Shown here: piece by piece, positions 55,179 through 64,000 of the stretch
Position numbering within the stretch: the stretch's first letter is position 1
Layout: each line of letters begins with the position of its first letter
Translations under genes and position numbers: made by a program
Notes under the pieces: generated by a model
What the model saw: the letters and a program-made list of their open reading frames with translations, nothing else
Database searches by the model: none
Told to the model about the DNA's origin: nothing
Virus record (IMG/VR): IMGVR_UViG_3300017989_000082
Span: 1 to 64,000 of that record
DNA from: a virus
Direction: 5' to 3' (one strand)
DNA: 64,000 bases

Positions 55179-56329
55179 TGGGAATTTTCCACTTCGACAT
55201 AGAGGGTAGTTTTAACTCCCCTAATTTTGGTCGCTCATATGTGTTTGATGTTTCCAATGAGCAAGTGCAAAAGCTTATGAATTATGCGCCGCGGGCGCAG
55301 GCCATGACTGCCCATTACCATAGCCGTATATCTGAGCGACAAACTGTAAGAGGAGAAGTAATTGCAGAATTGACATTTGATAATGTTGCTTGGTCTTATT
55401 TGTGTGGGGCGGCATTTGGCGAACGGTTGGAAATTTCTGGCTATGAGTTTGCCCCGGCGAATAACTCTTGGGGGGTGCTTGCCGGTACTCTTACAAATGC
55501 TCTTTCTATTGATTCAACCACATTTCAAATCACTGCTGAGGACTCTACGGCCTTTGATGGGGTTGATGCAGTCATTATTAACGATGAAATGATAGAAATA
55601 GGCTCAATCTCAGCCAATCTGACGCTTTCTTGTGTCAGGGGTGCCCAAGGTACTACCCCAAGGGCGCACGCGGCTTCAGACGCAATCTGGGGCCTCTCAG
55701 CGGCTATTTCGCGGTCAATTGTCATGTGCCATAGGGTAAAAACCGGCCCGTTTTGCCATTTGCCCACCAGTTTGACCACAGTCATTGATAGAGGCAATGA
55801 AATTGATGCCTATAGCGGAGTGAAAATACAGGAAATGACTTTTAATTTTCGCCCCGGCGAAGTAATTAAAACACACATTAAATTTCTAGGGGCAGACTCC
55901 ACCAATAATGTTGGCTTAGAGGATCTGGAAACTGTTGACGATAACGACATGGTTGGCGTAGGCGATATACAGATTTTTTCAAATTTTGAACACGAGTACT
56001 TGGAACAATTTTACATTACCATAGGAAACGAGCTTGAGGCTCCCAGCTTTATGTTTTCAGGAAGGGCGCAGAATTATTTCTTGAAAAGTACATCCACCTA
56101 TGGTACTCTGGCTTGGCTAGACGATGATCCGGATCATGTTCGCCAGTACGAGGAAGATGATCGTCGTCATTTTGGAATAGTAATACCAAGAGGAAACTAT
56201 AAGATGATTTTTAACTTTAACAATGTTCGCATTAATACACCAAGCCACTTCTTAGATGACGATTTAATCATTGATGATATTTCCCCTTGGTATAGTTATG
56301 AGCATCCTGTAATAATGTTCCAATTTTAA
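55178..56329 (+). CDS. Tail-tube paralog (baseplate-proximal tube protein)
   Basis: LPTSLTTVIDRG...YSGVKIQEMTFNFRPGE aligns with tube LPAGLTLEIGRD...YAGAKVDTMNITAETGE. Confidence 0.65.
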   Translation: MGIFHFDIEGSFNSPNFGRSYVFDVSNEQVQKLMNYAPRAQAMTAHYHSRISERQTVRGEVIAELTFDNVAWSYLCGAAFGERLEISGYEFAPANNSWGVLAGTLTNALSIDSTTFQITAEDSTAFDGVDAVIINDEMIEIGSISANLTLSCVRGAQGTTPRAHAASDAIWGLSAAISRSIVMCHRVKTGPFCHLPTSLTTVIDRGNEIDAYSGVKIQEMTFNFRPGEVIKTHIKFLGADSTNNVGLEDLETVDDNDMVGVGDIQIFSNFEHEYLEQFYITIGNELEAPSFMFSGRAQNYFLKSTSTYGTLAWLDDDPDHVRQYEEDDRRHFGIVIPRGNYKMIFNFNNVRINTPSHFLDDDLIIDDISPWYSYEHPVIMFQF

Positions 56330-56338
56330 GGAGCCATT

Positions 56339-56758
56339 ATGGCGACAGAGTTTTCCAGCAATGTGTCAATAGCCGGGTTGGTCTTAGAGGTTAACCCTGA
56401 GACCTTCGTAAAGGGTCGAAAGGTTTTTGGCAGTAATAGTCGCACAACCGCTGCAAACCTAGTGTTACAGGAGACAGCCAAGAAATACCTGTTTACCATA
56501 TCAGGCATTACTCAAAGCCAATTTGAGGAAATTCAGAAGCGCGCCGCGCTTGACATGAATATAGAGCTTATAGATTTCATTCCAATTTCTGAGCGAATTG
56601 AAATTACCCGAACAGTACACGAGTTGCTTTCGACCGAAACCATTAGCGGCGAGACCATTTACCGTTATGTTCCAAGTTATCAGGTTGCTGTTATTGATTA
56701 CGAAGAAGAGTGGCGAAGCAACACGATGACATATAAAATCATATTGGAGGAAATGTGA
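56339..56758 (+). CDS. Putative distal tail protein
   Basis: AAGGAG RBS; size, position and C-terminal YKIILEE. Confidence 0.5.
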   Translation: MATEFSSNVSIAGLVLEVNPETFVKGRKVFGSNSRTTAANLVLQETAKKYLFTISGITQSQFEEIQKRAALDMNIELIDFIPISERIEITRTVHELLSTETISGETIYRYVPSYQVAVIDYEEEWRSNTMTYKIILEEM

Positions 56759-56898
56759 CCCACACGAACACAACCCTATGCCCAAAGTGCAAACGCCGCA
56801 TGAAGCAGGTTCAGCGGGGATGCTGTGGAGGCAGAGAGTACAGCAATGTTTTTCGGTGCGCGGGGTGCAAGCGAAGCTATATTGTAAGGGAGAAATAG
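56755..56898 (+). CDS. 47-aa Zn-ribbon protein (not in ORF track)
   Basis: GGAGG RBS and GTGA overlap; CPKC...GCCGG...CAGC. Confidence 0.6.
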   Translation: MTHTNTTLCPKCKRRMKQVQRGCCGGREYSNVFRCAGCKRSYIVREK

Positions 56899-56901
56899 GA
56901 A

Positions 56902-57276
56902 ATGATTGATGACATCCTAATGTTTTTCTTCATGCTACCAATCGCCTGCGAAGCACTCACTCAGGTCATTGGCAGTGGAAGCCTTTTCAAGAAGCCGCGG
57001 GAGTGGGTAGTTGAAAAGAATATCCCATTTCTATCAGAATTATGGGCTTGTAAATATTGCATAAGCGTGTGGGCGGCGGCTACGCTTACTTTTCCTTATT
57101 TTTACATCAAAACAGGAGGAAATATTACTGCCAGCAATATCTTGTTAACACTGACGGCCACCCTCATTGTTCACAGGATTTCAAATATTTGGAATCTCGT
57201 TTTTGATATAATACAGGAGTACAGAATAAACCGATGGTTGATTGATTTAACCGTAAAAGAAACGGAGGAAAAGTGA
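56902..57276 (+). CDS. Membrane protein, DUF1360-like
   Basis: Three hydrophobic segments; ELWACKYCISVWAA motif. Confidence 0.65.
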   Translation: MIDDILMFFFMLPIACEALTQVIGSGSLFKKPREWVVEKNIPFLSELWACKYCISVWAAATLTFPYFYIKTGGNITASNILLTLTATLIVHRISNIWNLVFDIIQEYRINRWLIDLTVKETEEK

Positions 57277-57277
57277 G

Positions 57278-58264
57278 ATGGCAATTGAAGCTACTGATTT
57301 AAAAATGTATAAGAGCGCGGTGGTCAATGACGCCGACTCTAACGGTGGCCGGATGAGCTACAACGAGGTTGTCAGCAATCAAGCCACGAATCTGTTCCCA
57401 AACGTTACGCAGGCAGAGCGCACTGCTGGCCTCACCCGCTATCGGAAGGCGTTCTGTAAATTGCATGACGATGGGAATGAGGTACTCTACAACCACAAGG
57501 TGTGGATTCGGATTGAAACCCCTGCCGGTGATTACATCCAAATCAAGGAGGGCACCAATGAGGATGTCCAGAGCGAAGCCGACGATTACACCGAATGGTT
57601 GGGGTGCGGCACGCTGAATGCCCCGGCTAGCATTGATGCCACCAGCATTGATGTTCTGTTTGAAACCAACAGCGGTGTTCAGACTGGCGACGCCGGTTGG
57701 CTCAGTGATGGCACCAATGAGGAGTTTGTTGAGGTCGCCGGGGTTAGCTGGTCTGTAAATGTTGCGACCATCACCCTGTCCAGTGGCCTGAGCTATGAAT
57801 ACGCTGCCCATACTCCGAGTGCGCCTGTTCGCTACGGCGGAGTTCTTGAGCTTAGCGACACAACCAGCAGCGTTGATAGTATCTCCATTACTGGCAGCGG
57901 CACTTTCGATGAAGACAAAATCAATACCTATAATCAGGGCACTGTCGAGGATGATTGGGAAATTGAAATCAATGCCGGAGACACTACCTACACCTGCACT
58001 GGCACCAACACTGGCGAGCTCACTTCCAGCCAGAACATTGCCAGCGAGTTCAAGCCCAGTAATCCGAATGTCAGTGGCACGCAAGGGTATTACTTCAGAA
58101 TCCAGGCGCTGGCCTTTGGTGGAAGCTGGGTAGAAGGCGATAAGCTGAACTTCAGCACGCATCATGCGGCCAAGGCTATTTGGGCGAAGGAGGTCGTGCC
58201 TGCTTCTACTTCCAGCTACAGCAATAACAATCCGTATATACGCATGAGTGGGGAAAGTGCGTAG
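57278..58264 (+). CDS. Tail tip / baseplate structural protein
   Basis: MAI..TDLKMYKS...NGGRMS...NLFPNV...G.TRYRK, recalled from phage tail proteins. Confidence 0.7.
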   Translation: MAIEATDLKMYKSAVVNDADSNGGRMSYNEVVSNQATNLFPNVTQAERTAGLTRYRKAFCKLHDDGNEVLYNHKVWIRIETPAGDYIQIKEGTNEDVQSEADDYTEWLGCGTLNAPASIDATSIDVLFETNSGVQTGDAGWLSDGTNEEFVEVAGVSWSVNVATITLSSGLSYEYAAHTPSAPVRYGGVLELSDTTSSVDSISITGSGTFDEDKINTYNQGTVEDDWEIEINAGDTTYTCTGTNTGELTSSQNIASEFKPSNPNVSGTQGYYFRIQALAFGGSWVEGDKLNFSTHHAAKAIWAKEVVPASTSSYSNNNPYIRMSGESA

Positions 58265-58300
58265 TTTGCTGTAAACATTATTTGGTAAGGAAGTGGCTTA

Positions 58301-61300
58301 ATGGGCACTCTTACAATACATTCTACTGCCTGGACTGGTGCGGCCTATTCAGACTGCCAATTTGGCGGTAATACTGAGTTATTACAACATACAGGCGTTG
58401 CTTTTCTCACTCCCATAGATGGTGTTGTCGTTGGGGAAGTTAAGGTCTTCATGAAGAAGAATAACTCCCCGACGACAACTGTCTATTGTGCCATATGGGA
58501 TGCCGAGAATGATGATGAATGGAAGCCGGGCAGTGAGTTAGGGGTTGTAACAGTTGATACCTCTGGCGTTGGGGCTAGCTACTCTGAGGTAACTATTGAT
58601 TTATCTGGCCAAAACATAACGCTCTCAAAGAACACGAAGTATTGGTTGATATTTTATACCAATGTATATGATGGCTCTGATTATTGGCACTTAAGGGCGG
58701 TTGAGAATACGAATGCTCCATTCGCAATGGGGTATGGTGTTAGCAATGTATGGAGTCGTTGCCGCGGCAATGGCTCTGCTTGGTATACTTCCAGCAGTTA
58801 TTATTTCCAGTGCCAAATAAGCGCTACAAAAGCCAGCTACCAGACAATTGTTGGCTGGAATGGTGATCAAGACCCTGCAAATTATAAGGGAATTTTTTGG
58901 GAAGATGGCTCAAGCGAACAGGGGGTATTGCAAAAATTCAGAACGCCAAGCGCAAGCGGAAAGTGGCAAGTCCATGGCCTATCAGCACATTTACAAATTG
59001 ATGATGACGAGTATTATAGGCAAGTTCGGTTTAACTTTTTTGAGTATTCTGACACAACTGATTTTTCCGAGCTAATTCCCGTTGGCGATGGAGGGGTGTT
59101 TGGCGTAAAGGATTTTTATTGCGGTAGTGTTACGCCGGGGACAACAAGCGCTCTTGAAATTAAAGAAAAAAGAAAGCCCATTCTTGAACCGGACACTGAC
59201 TATTACCTTGGAATTACCGCAAATTTTAGTAACAGAGCATATGCTTTGTTTGATGATACAACCTGTTGTGAAAACGCCAGCCTCTTTACCATTGGTTGGG
59301 ACAACTCAATAACTGAAAATGTTGGGGAAAATATTTCCCTTTTCAATATACACGGCACAGAAGTTGCCATTGATCCTGAGTACACTCAAGACCCGATTTT
59401 ATTTTCTCCATTATGGCCTAATCCTGGTGGCGGGTATGAAAACATTGGCTATGCCGCTGGGAATAAATATTTTGCAGTTGCTTTTACGACTAATATATCG
59501 AACTGCACACTTAAAGAAATCAGGGCAACTCTTGTTAAGCACTATCGGCCAATTTCAACGCCGTTGCATTTAAAAATTCATGCTGCCGACTCAACCAGTG
59601 GTGAAATTGGGGACGAGCTTCTTGATATTGGCGAAATTGAAGATTATGTTCATATAACTGGAACCGAAGCTGTCATTCCGTGCGGAAGCACCCTGGAGTT
59701 AACTCCGTACATTAAATATTGGGCCGTGTTCTATTTCGATGGAACCCCTACCACGGATCGCTATTATAGGATTTATGGGGACGGCGATTTATTTGGTATG
59801 GGGATGATTGGTGTCTTGCCTGATGATGACAGCAAGTGCTCTGCGTACAGTGCAGATGGCTCTAGTTGGACCTATGAGTCCGACTATTATCACATACGGT
59901 TTATTGGCTCTAGTGAATATAAAATAACAATTCTAGATCCCCGTTGTGATCGCTTCTTTCCTTCTCCAAATGACAGACAGAGATCTTTTTACGATAATAC
60001 CGATAAATATGTTGCACAAAAAATAAGAATACCAAATATTTCCGAGGCAATGAAAATAGAAGGGCTTGGCGTTATAGCCAGAGCCTACGGCGAGGCAGAG
60101 GGTAATGTATGGGTTGAAATTTATGAAGCAGACGGGGATGCCCTTGGCGAGCTAATAAGCAATGGCACTTCTGACACGCTAGACCATAATGCCACTCACA
60201 CCGACACTGATACTGGTCAGTTTCCACCAATGGTATTATTCAGATTTTCTGATTTACCATTGGTTCAGCCTAATACAGATTATATTTTTGTTTTCAGGGC
60301 TGATGTCATTGATACAGGCTCGACGTGGTATTTTTATTATAACCACAACTCAGACTCTGCAAGCTATGCTAACCAAGGATTATGCGAAGGGGATGGCGCA
60401 ACAAATATTATTGGGAAATCTTATACTGTCAATAGCAGTGATGAACTCACAGAACTTTCAGATACGGGCGGCATGTTTTACGGGCTACAGCTTGTTGGTG
60501 GTCCGCCAGTACTTATTCCCGTTGATAATGACAATGTACTTAATTGGTCGTTAAATGATTATATTTTTAAGGATAACATTACCCGCTTTACTATTACTGA
60601 TCAAAAAATAGATCAGGATAATATAATTCTTTTCAACATTGCCCCGTTTCTATATCAAGACTTTATTCTTAACTGGCCCTTGACGACCAGAATTAATCAA
60701 GATACAACCCTACGCTGGCCACTTACAACATATGTTGAGGGTGATTTAATTATCCCTTGGAATATTATAGTTAGTGCCGATAGTGGTCTTTCTTGGAAAA
60801 TTCTTGAGCAAATTAATAAGGATCAAATACTCAACTGGCCGTTGACTACATATTTTGATTCAGACTTTATTTTACGCTGGCAGTTAATTCTTTCAAATGA
60901 CATTGGCATTAATTTCTCCCTGATTGAGTATATTTGGAGAAATCTTGGGCTGAAGATTCCAATTGTAATTGAAACGGATACCGTTCTTGACTTTGGTATA
61001 ATGGGTCCAATAAGTGCTGATTTTATTATCAGGAACATGATTGACTCCAGTGTATACAGTGATGTTGGAATAAAGAATAATATCTTTGTTACAAACGATC
61101 TTATTCTCAATAACTCTTTAAACCCTGTTGTTTCGCGAGACCTTATTTTAAGAAACGAGATCAGCTCTCGCATTTGGAAAGATATTGTTGCGATAAATAA
61201 TATTTTTGTTTCCACTGATGTCGGGCTGATAAACTCCCTTCGCTCGCCTATAAATAAAGACATTATTGCAAAATACAATATTGATTCCAGTATATGGAGT

Positions 61301-61648
61301 GATGTTGTACTTCGCAATGCTGTTTTTGTATCAAATGATATTGCCGTCGTTAACTCTCTAAACGACGTAATTGACAAAGATATAATTGCTCGCTGGAAAA
61401 TTGATTCTCAAGTTGCTAATGATATTGGCATTAAATATGCAATCCGAATTGAGCAAGATGTTGTGCTTGTAATTCCATTTAACACCGTCAACAAAGACAT
61501 AATTCTTGATAATAAACTTATGCAGGAAACCAGTAAAGATACAATCATAAGAAATAATATTCTTGAGTATGATCCTGTGCAAAAGGATCTAATAGTAAGG
61601 AATGCGCTCTTGGGGTCAGTACGACGGTATAAGATTAAATTCGTATAA
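58301..61648 (+). CDS. Tail fibre/adhesin with four tandem beta domains and a repetitive C-terminal stalk
   Basis: Four repeats of (VAF/QKF).T...L.P.T.Y..F, then many D..L.W/N repeats. Confidence 0.7.
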   Translation: MGTLTIHSTAWTGAAYSDCQFGGNTELLQHTGVAFLTPIDGVVVGEVKVFMKKNNSPTTTVYCAIWDAENDDEWKPGSELGVVTVDTSGVGASYSEVTIDLSGQNITLSKNTKYWLIFYTNVYDGSDYWHLRAVENTNAPFAMGYGVSNVWSRCRGNGSAWYTSSSYYFQCQISATKASYQTIVGWNGDQDPANYKGIFWEDGSSEQGVLQKFRTPSASGKWQVHGLSAHLQIDDDEYYRQVRFNFFEYSDTTDFSELIPVGDGGVFGVKDFYCGSVTPGTTSALEIKEKRKPILEPDTDYYLGITANFSNRAYALFDDTTCCENASLFTIGWDNSITENVGENISLFNIHGTEVAIDPEYTQDPILFSPLWPNPGGGYENIGYAAGNKYFAVAFTTNISNCTLKEIRATLVKHYRPISTPLHLKIHAADSTSGEIGDELLDIGEIEDYVHITGTEAVIPCGSTLELTPYIKYWAVFYFDGTPTTDRYYRIYGDGDLFGMGMIGVLPDDDSKCSAYSADGSSWTYESDYYHIRFIGSSEYKITILDPRCDRFFPSPNDRQRSFYDNTDKYVAQKIRIPNISEAMKIEGLGVIARAYGEAEGNVWVEIYEADGDALGELISNGTSDTLDHNATHTDTDTGQFPPMVLFRFSDLPLVQPNTDYIFVFRADVIDTGSTWYFYYNHNSDSASYANQGLCEGDGATNIIGKSYTVNSSDELTELSDTGGMFYGLQLVGGPPVLIPVDNDNVLNWSLNDYIFKDNITRFTITDQKIDQDNIILFNIAPFLYQDFILNWPLTTRINQDTTLRWPLTTYVEGDLIIPWNIIVSADSGLSWKILEQINKDQILNWPLTTYFDSDFILRWQLILSNDIGINFSLIEYIWRNLGLKIPIVIETDTVLDFGIMGPISADFIIRNMIDSSVYSDVGIKNNIFVTNDLILNNSLNPVVSRDLILRNEISSRIWKDIVAINNIFVSTDVGLINSLRSPINKDIIAKYNIDSSIWSDVVLRNAVFVSNDIAVVNSLNDVIDKDIIARWKIDSQVANDIGIKYAIRIEQDVVLVIPFNTVNKDIILDNKLMQETSKDTIIRNNILEYDPVQKDLIVRNALLGSVRRYKIKFV

Positions 61649-61664
61649 TACGGAGGGTCTAGCT

Positions 61665-62195
61665 ATGGCTGACAGAACCACCGGAAGTTTAACCGTAACC
61701 ATTGAGGCAAGTTGTGCCGCTGATGCGGCAGAACTTATCCGCATTGAGCTTGATGAAGATTTGAACGGCGGGCGAACTTGCTTTGAGCCAAATCAGGATA
61801 TTTATTTGAGGCTATATACTTCGCCAACAGATCTTGATTTAACCCTTGCTGTCACTCTTGGCAGCATTAGCATTGTGGGCGGGGGTGTTTCCAGTCATGA
61901 AGAAAGCATTACCGTGCAGGATGGCGAGGGAAATGCCGGGTATCCCATAAAGGCCATTTCAAGTAAGGAGTGGCATGGTAATGCTCCTTGTCCTGCTGCA
62001 AGCGTTACTTTTACAGCAGGCTATACGCAACTACTGTGCCCTACTGAAAATTGCAGTGGAAGCCCTCTTGGTGATGATACCTGCGAAATAACCTATGGCG
62101 TTTTGGATGTTGATTATACCTCTGATTACAGGAGCCTTGTGCTTAATGTTTCTGAACCGGGGGATGTCATTGTTTACGCTTATGCCAATGATTAA
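61665..62195 (+). CDS. Tail tip protein
   Basis: GGAGG RBS; domain shared with the next two genes. Confidence 0.7.
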   Translation: MADRTTGSLTVTIEASCAADAAELIRIELDEDLNGGRTCFEPNQDIYLRLYTSPTDLDLTLAVTLGSISIVGGGVSSHEESITVQDGEGNAGYPIKAISSKEWHGNAPCPAASVTFTAGYTQLLCPTENCSGSPLGDDTCEITYGVLDVDYTSDYRSLVLNVSEPGDVIVYAYAND

Positions 62196-62211
62196 TTAAG
62201 AGCCCATTGTA

Positions 62212-63348
62212 ATGTACGAAAATGAAATTGAATATACTGTCACGGTTGAAATTGATGGGGTAAAGGTGCATAGCTATATGGAGAGCCTCACGGTGCTTAT
62301 GAGTGAGGAAAGCTACTGCAACGATATTACCATTAATTTCAACAAGCATGGGTGGGATCTTTTTAAGACCCTCTGTAACCCCCATGTGAATGCTGGCCAA
62401 GAGCGCATTGTTGTTACCGTCAACAGTGTTGAACATAAATTTTTATTAGAGAAGAGAATTTCAAGAGCTGATGCCGAAGAAAGAAAGTTTTATGTTTGGG
62501 GTCGGTCAAAAGCGGCTACGTTAGATCAATACTATTCCTTACCAATTACGGATGATGAAACCGAGAGCAATCCGTGGCAAACGGCAAACATGAGGGCATC
62601 CTCAATAATTAATTACCTTCTGACGGGAACCGGCATTACTGTTGATTTCCGGATTGACGATTTCACTGTTTACCCCGAAGCCTTCAGTGTTGAGAATGAA
62701 GTCCCTATTGATATAATAAACAGGCTTGCAAAAGTCCCAGGTGGGAGAGTAAGGAGTGGAAGAGATGGTAATTTGATTATTGACTATAAAGAGTTTTCAA
62801 CGAACTTCGTCGCTGATGATCCATCTGAAGAGTATACAGATGTTGATGAAATTATTCAGGTTGATGAAGAGGTAGTGATTCCTCCTGGCTATAATAAGGT
62901 TCGCGTCACTGGCTACGATGAACTCGCCGAAGATGCTGATAAAAGTATAAAGATTGAGAGAGTTGATACAGGCTGTATTGAGCCGGGGCAGGAATTCAGG
63001 GTAAAAGTATATACATCTCCTACAAATCTTGATTACACTTTTGATACGACCATAGGAACCTTTTTTCATATAGGGGAGTATACCGAGCAACATTCTGAAA
63101 CCATATTTTTCACCGATGGGGCTGGGAATACACAATACCCAATTTATTCGGTCCAAAATGCTGATTGGCATGGAGATGACCTCGGTGCCATAACATATAC
63201 GGCTGGCTTCGACAGCATAATTACTGCCGAGGAAACATTTGGTGTTCTTGAAATATCATATACGGCCAAATACACCCTTTATGGTGTGATTATTAATGAG
63301 TCTGGCGGGGCAATTGTTTTCGCAGAGGAGAACTTAGAAGATGGCTGA
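62212..63348 (+). CDS. Putative baseplate hub / tail tip protein
   Basis: Hub-like N-terminal part (GRSKAA.LD...PIDIINRLA..PGG...DGNLII) plus the shared C-terminal domain. Confidence 0.65.
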   Translation: MYENEIEYTVTVEIDGVKVHSYMESLTVLMSEESYCNDITINFNKHGWDLFKTLCNPHVNAGQERIVVTVNSVEHKFLLEKRISRADAEERKFYVWGRSKAATLDQYYSLPITDDETESNPWQTANMRASSIINYLLTGTGITVDFRIDDFTVYPEAFSVENEVPIDIINRLAKVPGGRVRSGRDGNLIIDYKEFSTNFVADDPSEEYTDVDEIIQVDEEVVIPPGYNKVRVTGYDELAEDADKSIKIERVDTGCIEPGQEFRVKVYTSPTNLDYTFDTTIGTFFHIGEYTEQHSETIFFTDGAGNTQYPIYSVQNADWHGDDLGAITYTAGFDSIITAEETFGVLEISYTAKYTLYGVIINESGGAIVFAEENLEDG

Positions 63349-64000
63349 TAAAACCCAAGGCTCCCAGACAGTAACCATTGAAGAGTTATGTGAAGCTTTA
63401 TCTTGCGATATTGCAATAGAGCTTGACGAGGAATATAACGATGGTAGAAGTTGCTTTGCCCCGAATGATCCAATATATGTTCGGGTATTTTGCAGAAAGA
63501 CATATACTGTTAAAGCCACGCTTGGTAATGCGAGAATATTTGCATCTGGCATTCCACAAGAAATTACAGAATATGTTGATTTCAACAATTGGCGTGGGAG
63601 CACTGAAAAGCCAATTCATGAGATTACAAGCTATAACTGGAATGGCATAAGCCTTGGGGCAATTCGCTGGGAAAGGGGCAGCGAAAGCCTTGTTGCGGAT
63701 GAAAGCATGGCAGATGGCTATGGTGTTCTTGAATTAACATATATTACAGCCTTTGATAGATGGGAGTATAAAAGCCCTGTTGCTGGTGATGTTATTGTTT
63801 ACGCCATAGGAACAGGCAATTGTGTTGATTCCAATGGAGATTACCCCTCAGCAAGTTTAACCCTTGATATTGATGAAACTTGCGCTGAAGAGGCCAATGA
63901 GGTTACAATCGTTGTTAAAGATTTTGTAACTGGAAATGTAATATCAGGGGCGAGTGTAGTTATAGACAGAAACTTTGTTGGTACGACAGATGTAAATGGA
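63341..64000 (+). CDS. Tail tip protein, partial (runs off window end)
   Basis: GAGGAG RBS; MADKTQGSQTVTIE...IELDEEYNDGRSCFAPN is a paralog of 61665; frame open to 64000. Confidence 0.75.
   Translation, partial: MADKTQGSQTVTIEELCEALSCDIAIELDEEYNDGRSCFAPNDPIYVRVFCRKTYTVKATLGNARIFASGIPQEITEYVDFNNWRGSTEKPIHEITSYNWNGISLGAIRWERGSESLVADESMADGYGVLELTYITAFDRWEYKSPVAGDVIVYAIGTGNCVDSNGDYPSASLTLDIDETCAEEANEVTIVVKDFVTGNVISGASVVIDRNFVGTTDVNG

Overview
The window is a 64-kb segment of a large tailed dsDNA bacteriophage, most likely a long-tailed siphovirus with Mu-like head genes. It uses the standard genetic code and AGGAG(G) Shine-Dalgarno sites, so the host is bacterial. Block 1 (1-14.1 kb) is an accessory or early island of small ORFs, including RadC/JAB, a minimal PolX fused to SWIM and Zn-ribbon domains, and YodL-like and Lar-like proteins. 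Its operons are each headed by a sigma54-type -24/-12 promoter (8 copies of TGGCA-N6-YTGCA). Upstream of them sit pairs of 17-bp pseudo-palindromes, 21-22 bp apart, at typical enhancer distance. This apparent phage sigma54 enhancer-dependent regulon is the main finding, and no activator gene is visible in the window. Block 2 is a set of repeat-rich non-coding tracts: CTCGTAA clusters, a 46-bp tandem repeat, a dense co-oriented array of E. coli-type Chi octamers at 14.2-14.4 kb, and iteron-like repeats with a C-to-G skew flip near 15 kb. Block 3 (15-23.6 kb) holds sigma70-driven genes: a PAPS-reductase family protein, an HTH protein, a 5'-3' exonuclease and SAM decarboxylase. Block 4 (23.7-64 kb) is morphogenesis: terminases, portal, an 11-kb insert of acidic fibre/decoration and lysis genes, protease/scaffold, capsid, neck, tail tube, frameshifted chaperones, a 2382-aa tape measure protein and tail-tip genes. 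Two highly structured intergenic RNA candidates lie at 3.4-3.7 kb and 17.67-17.88 kb. All family assignments come from recognising motifs by eye, with no database search.
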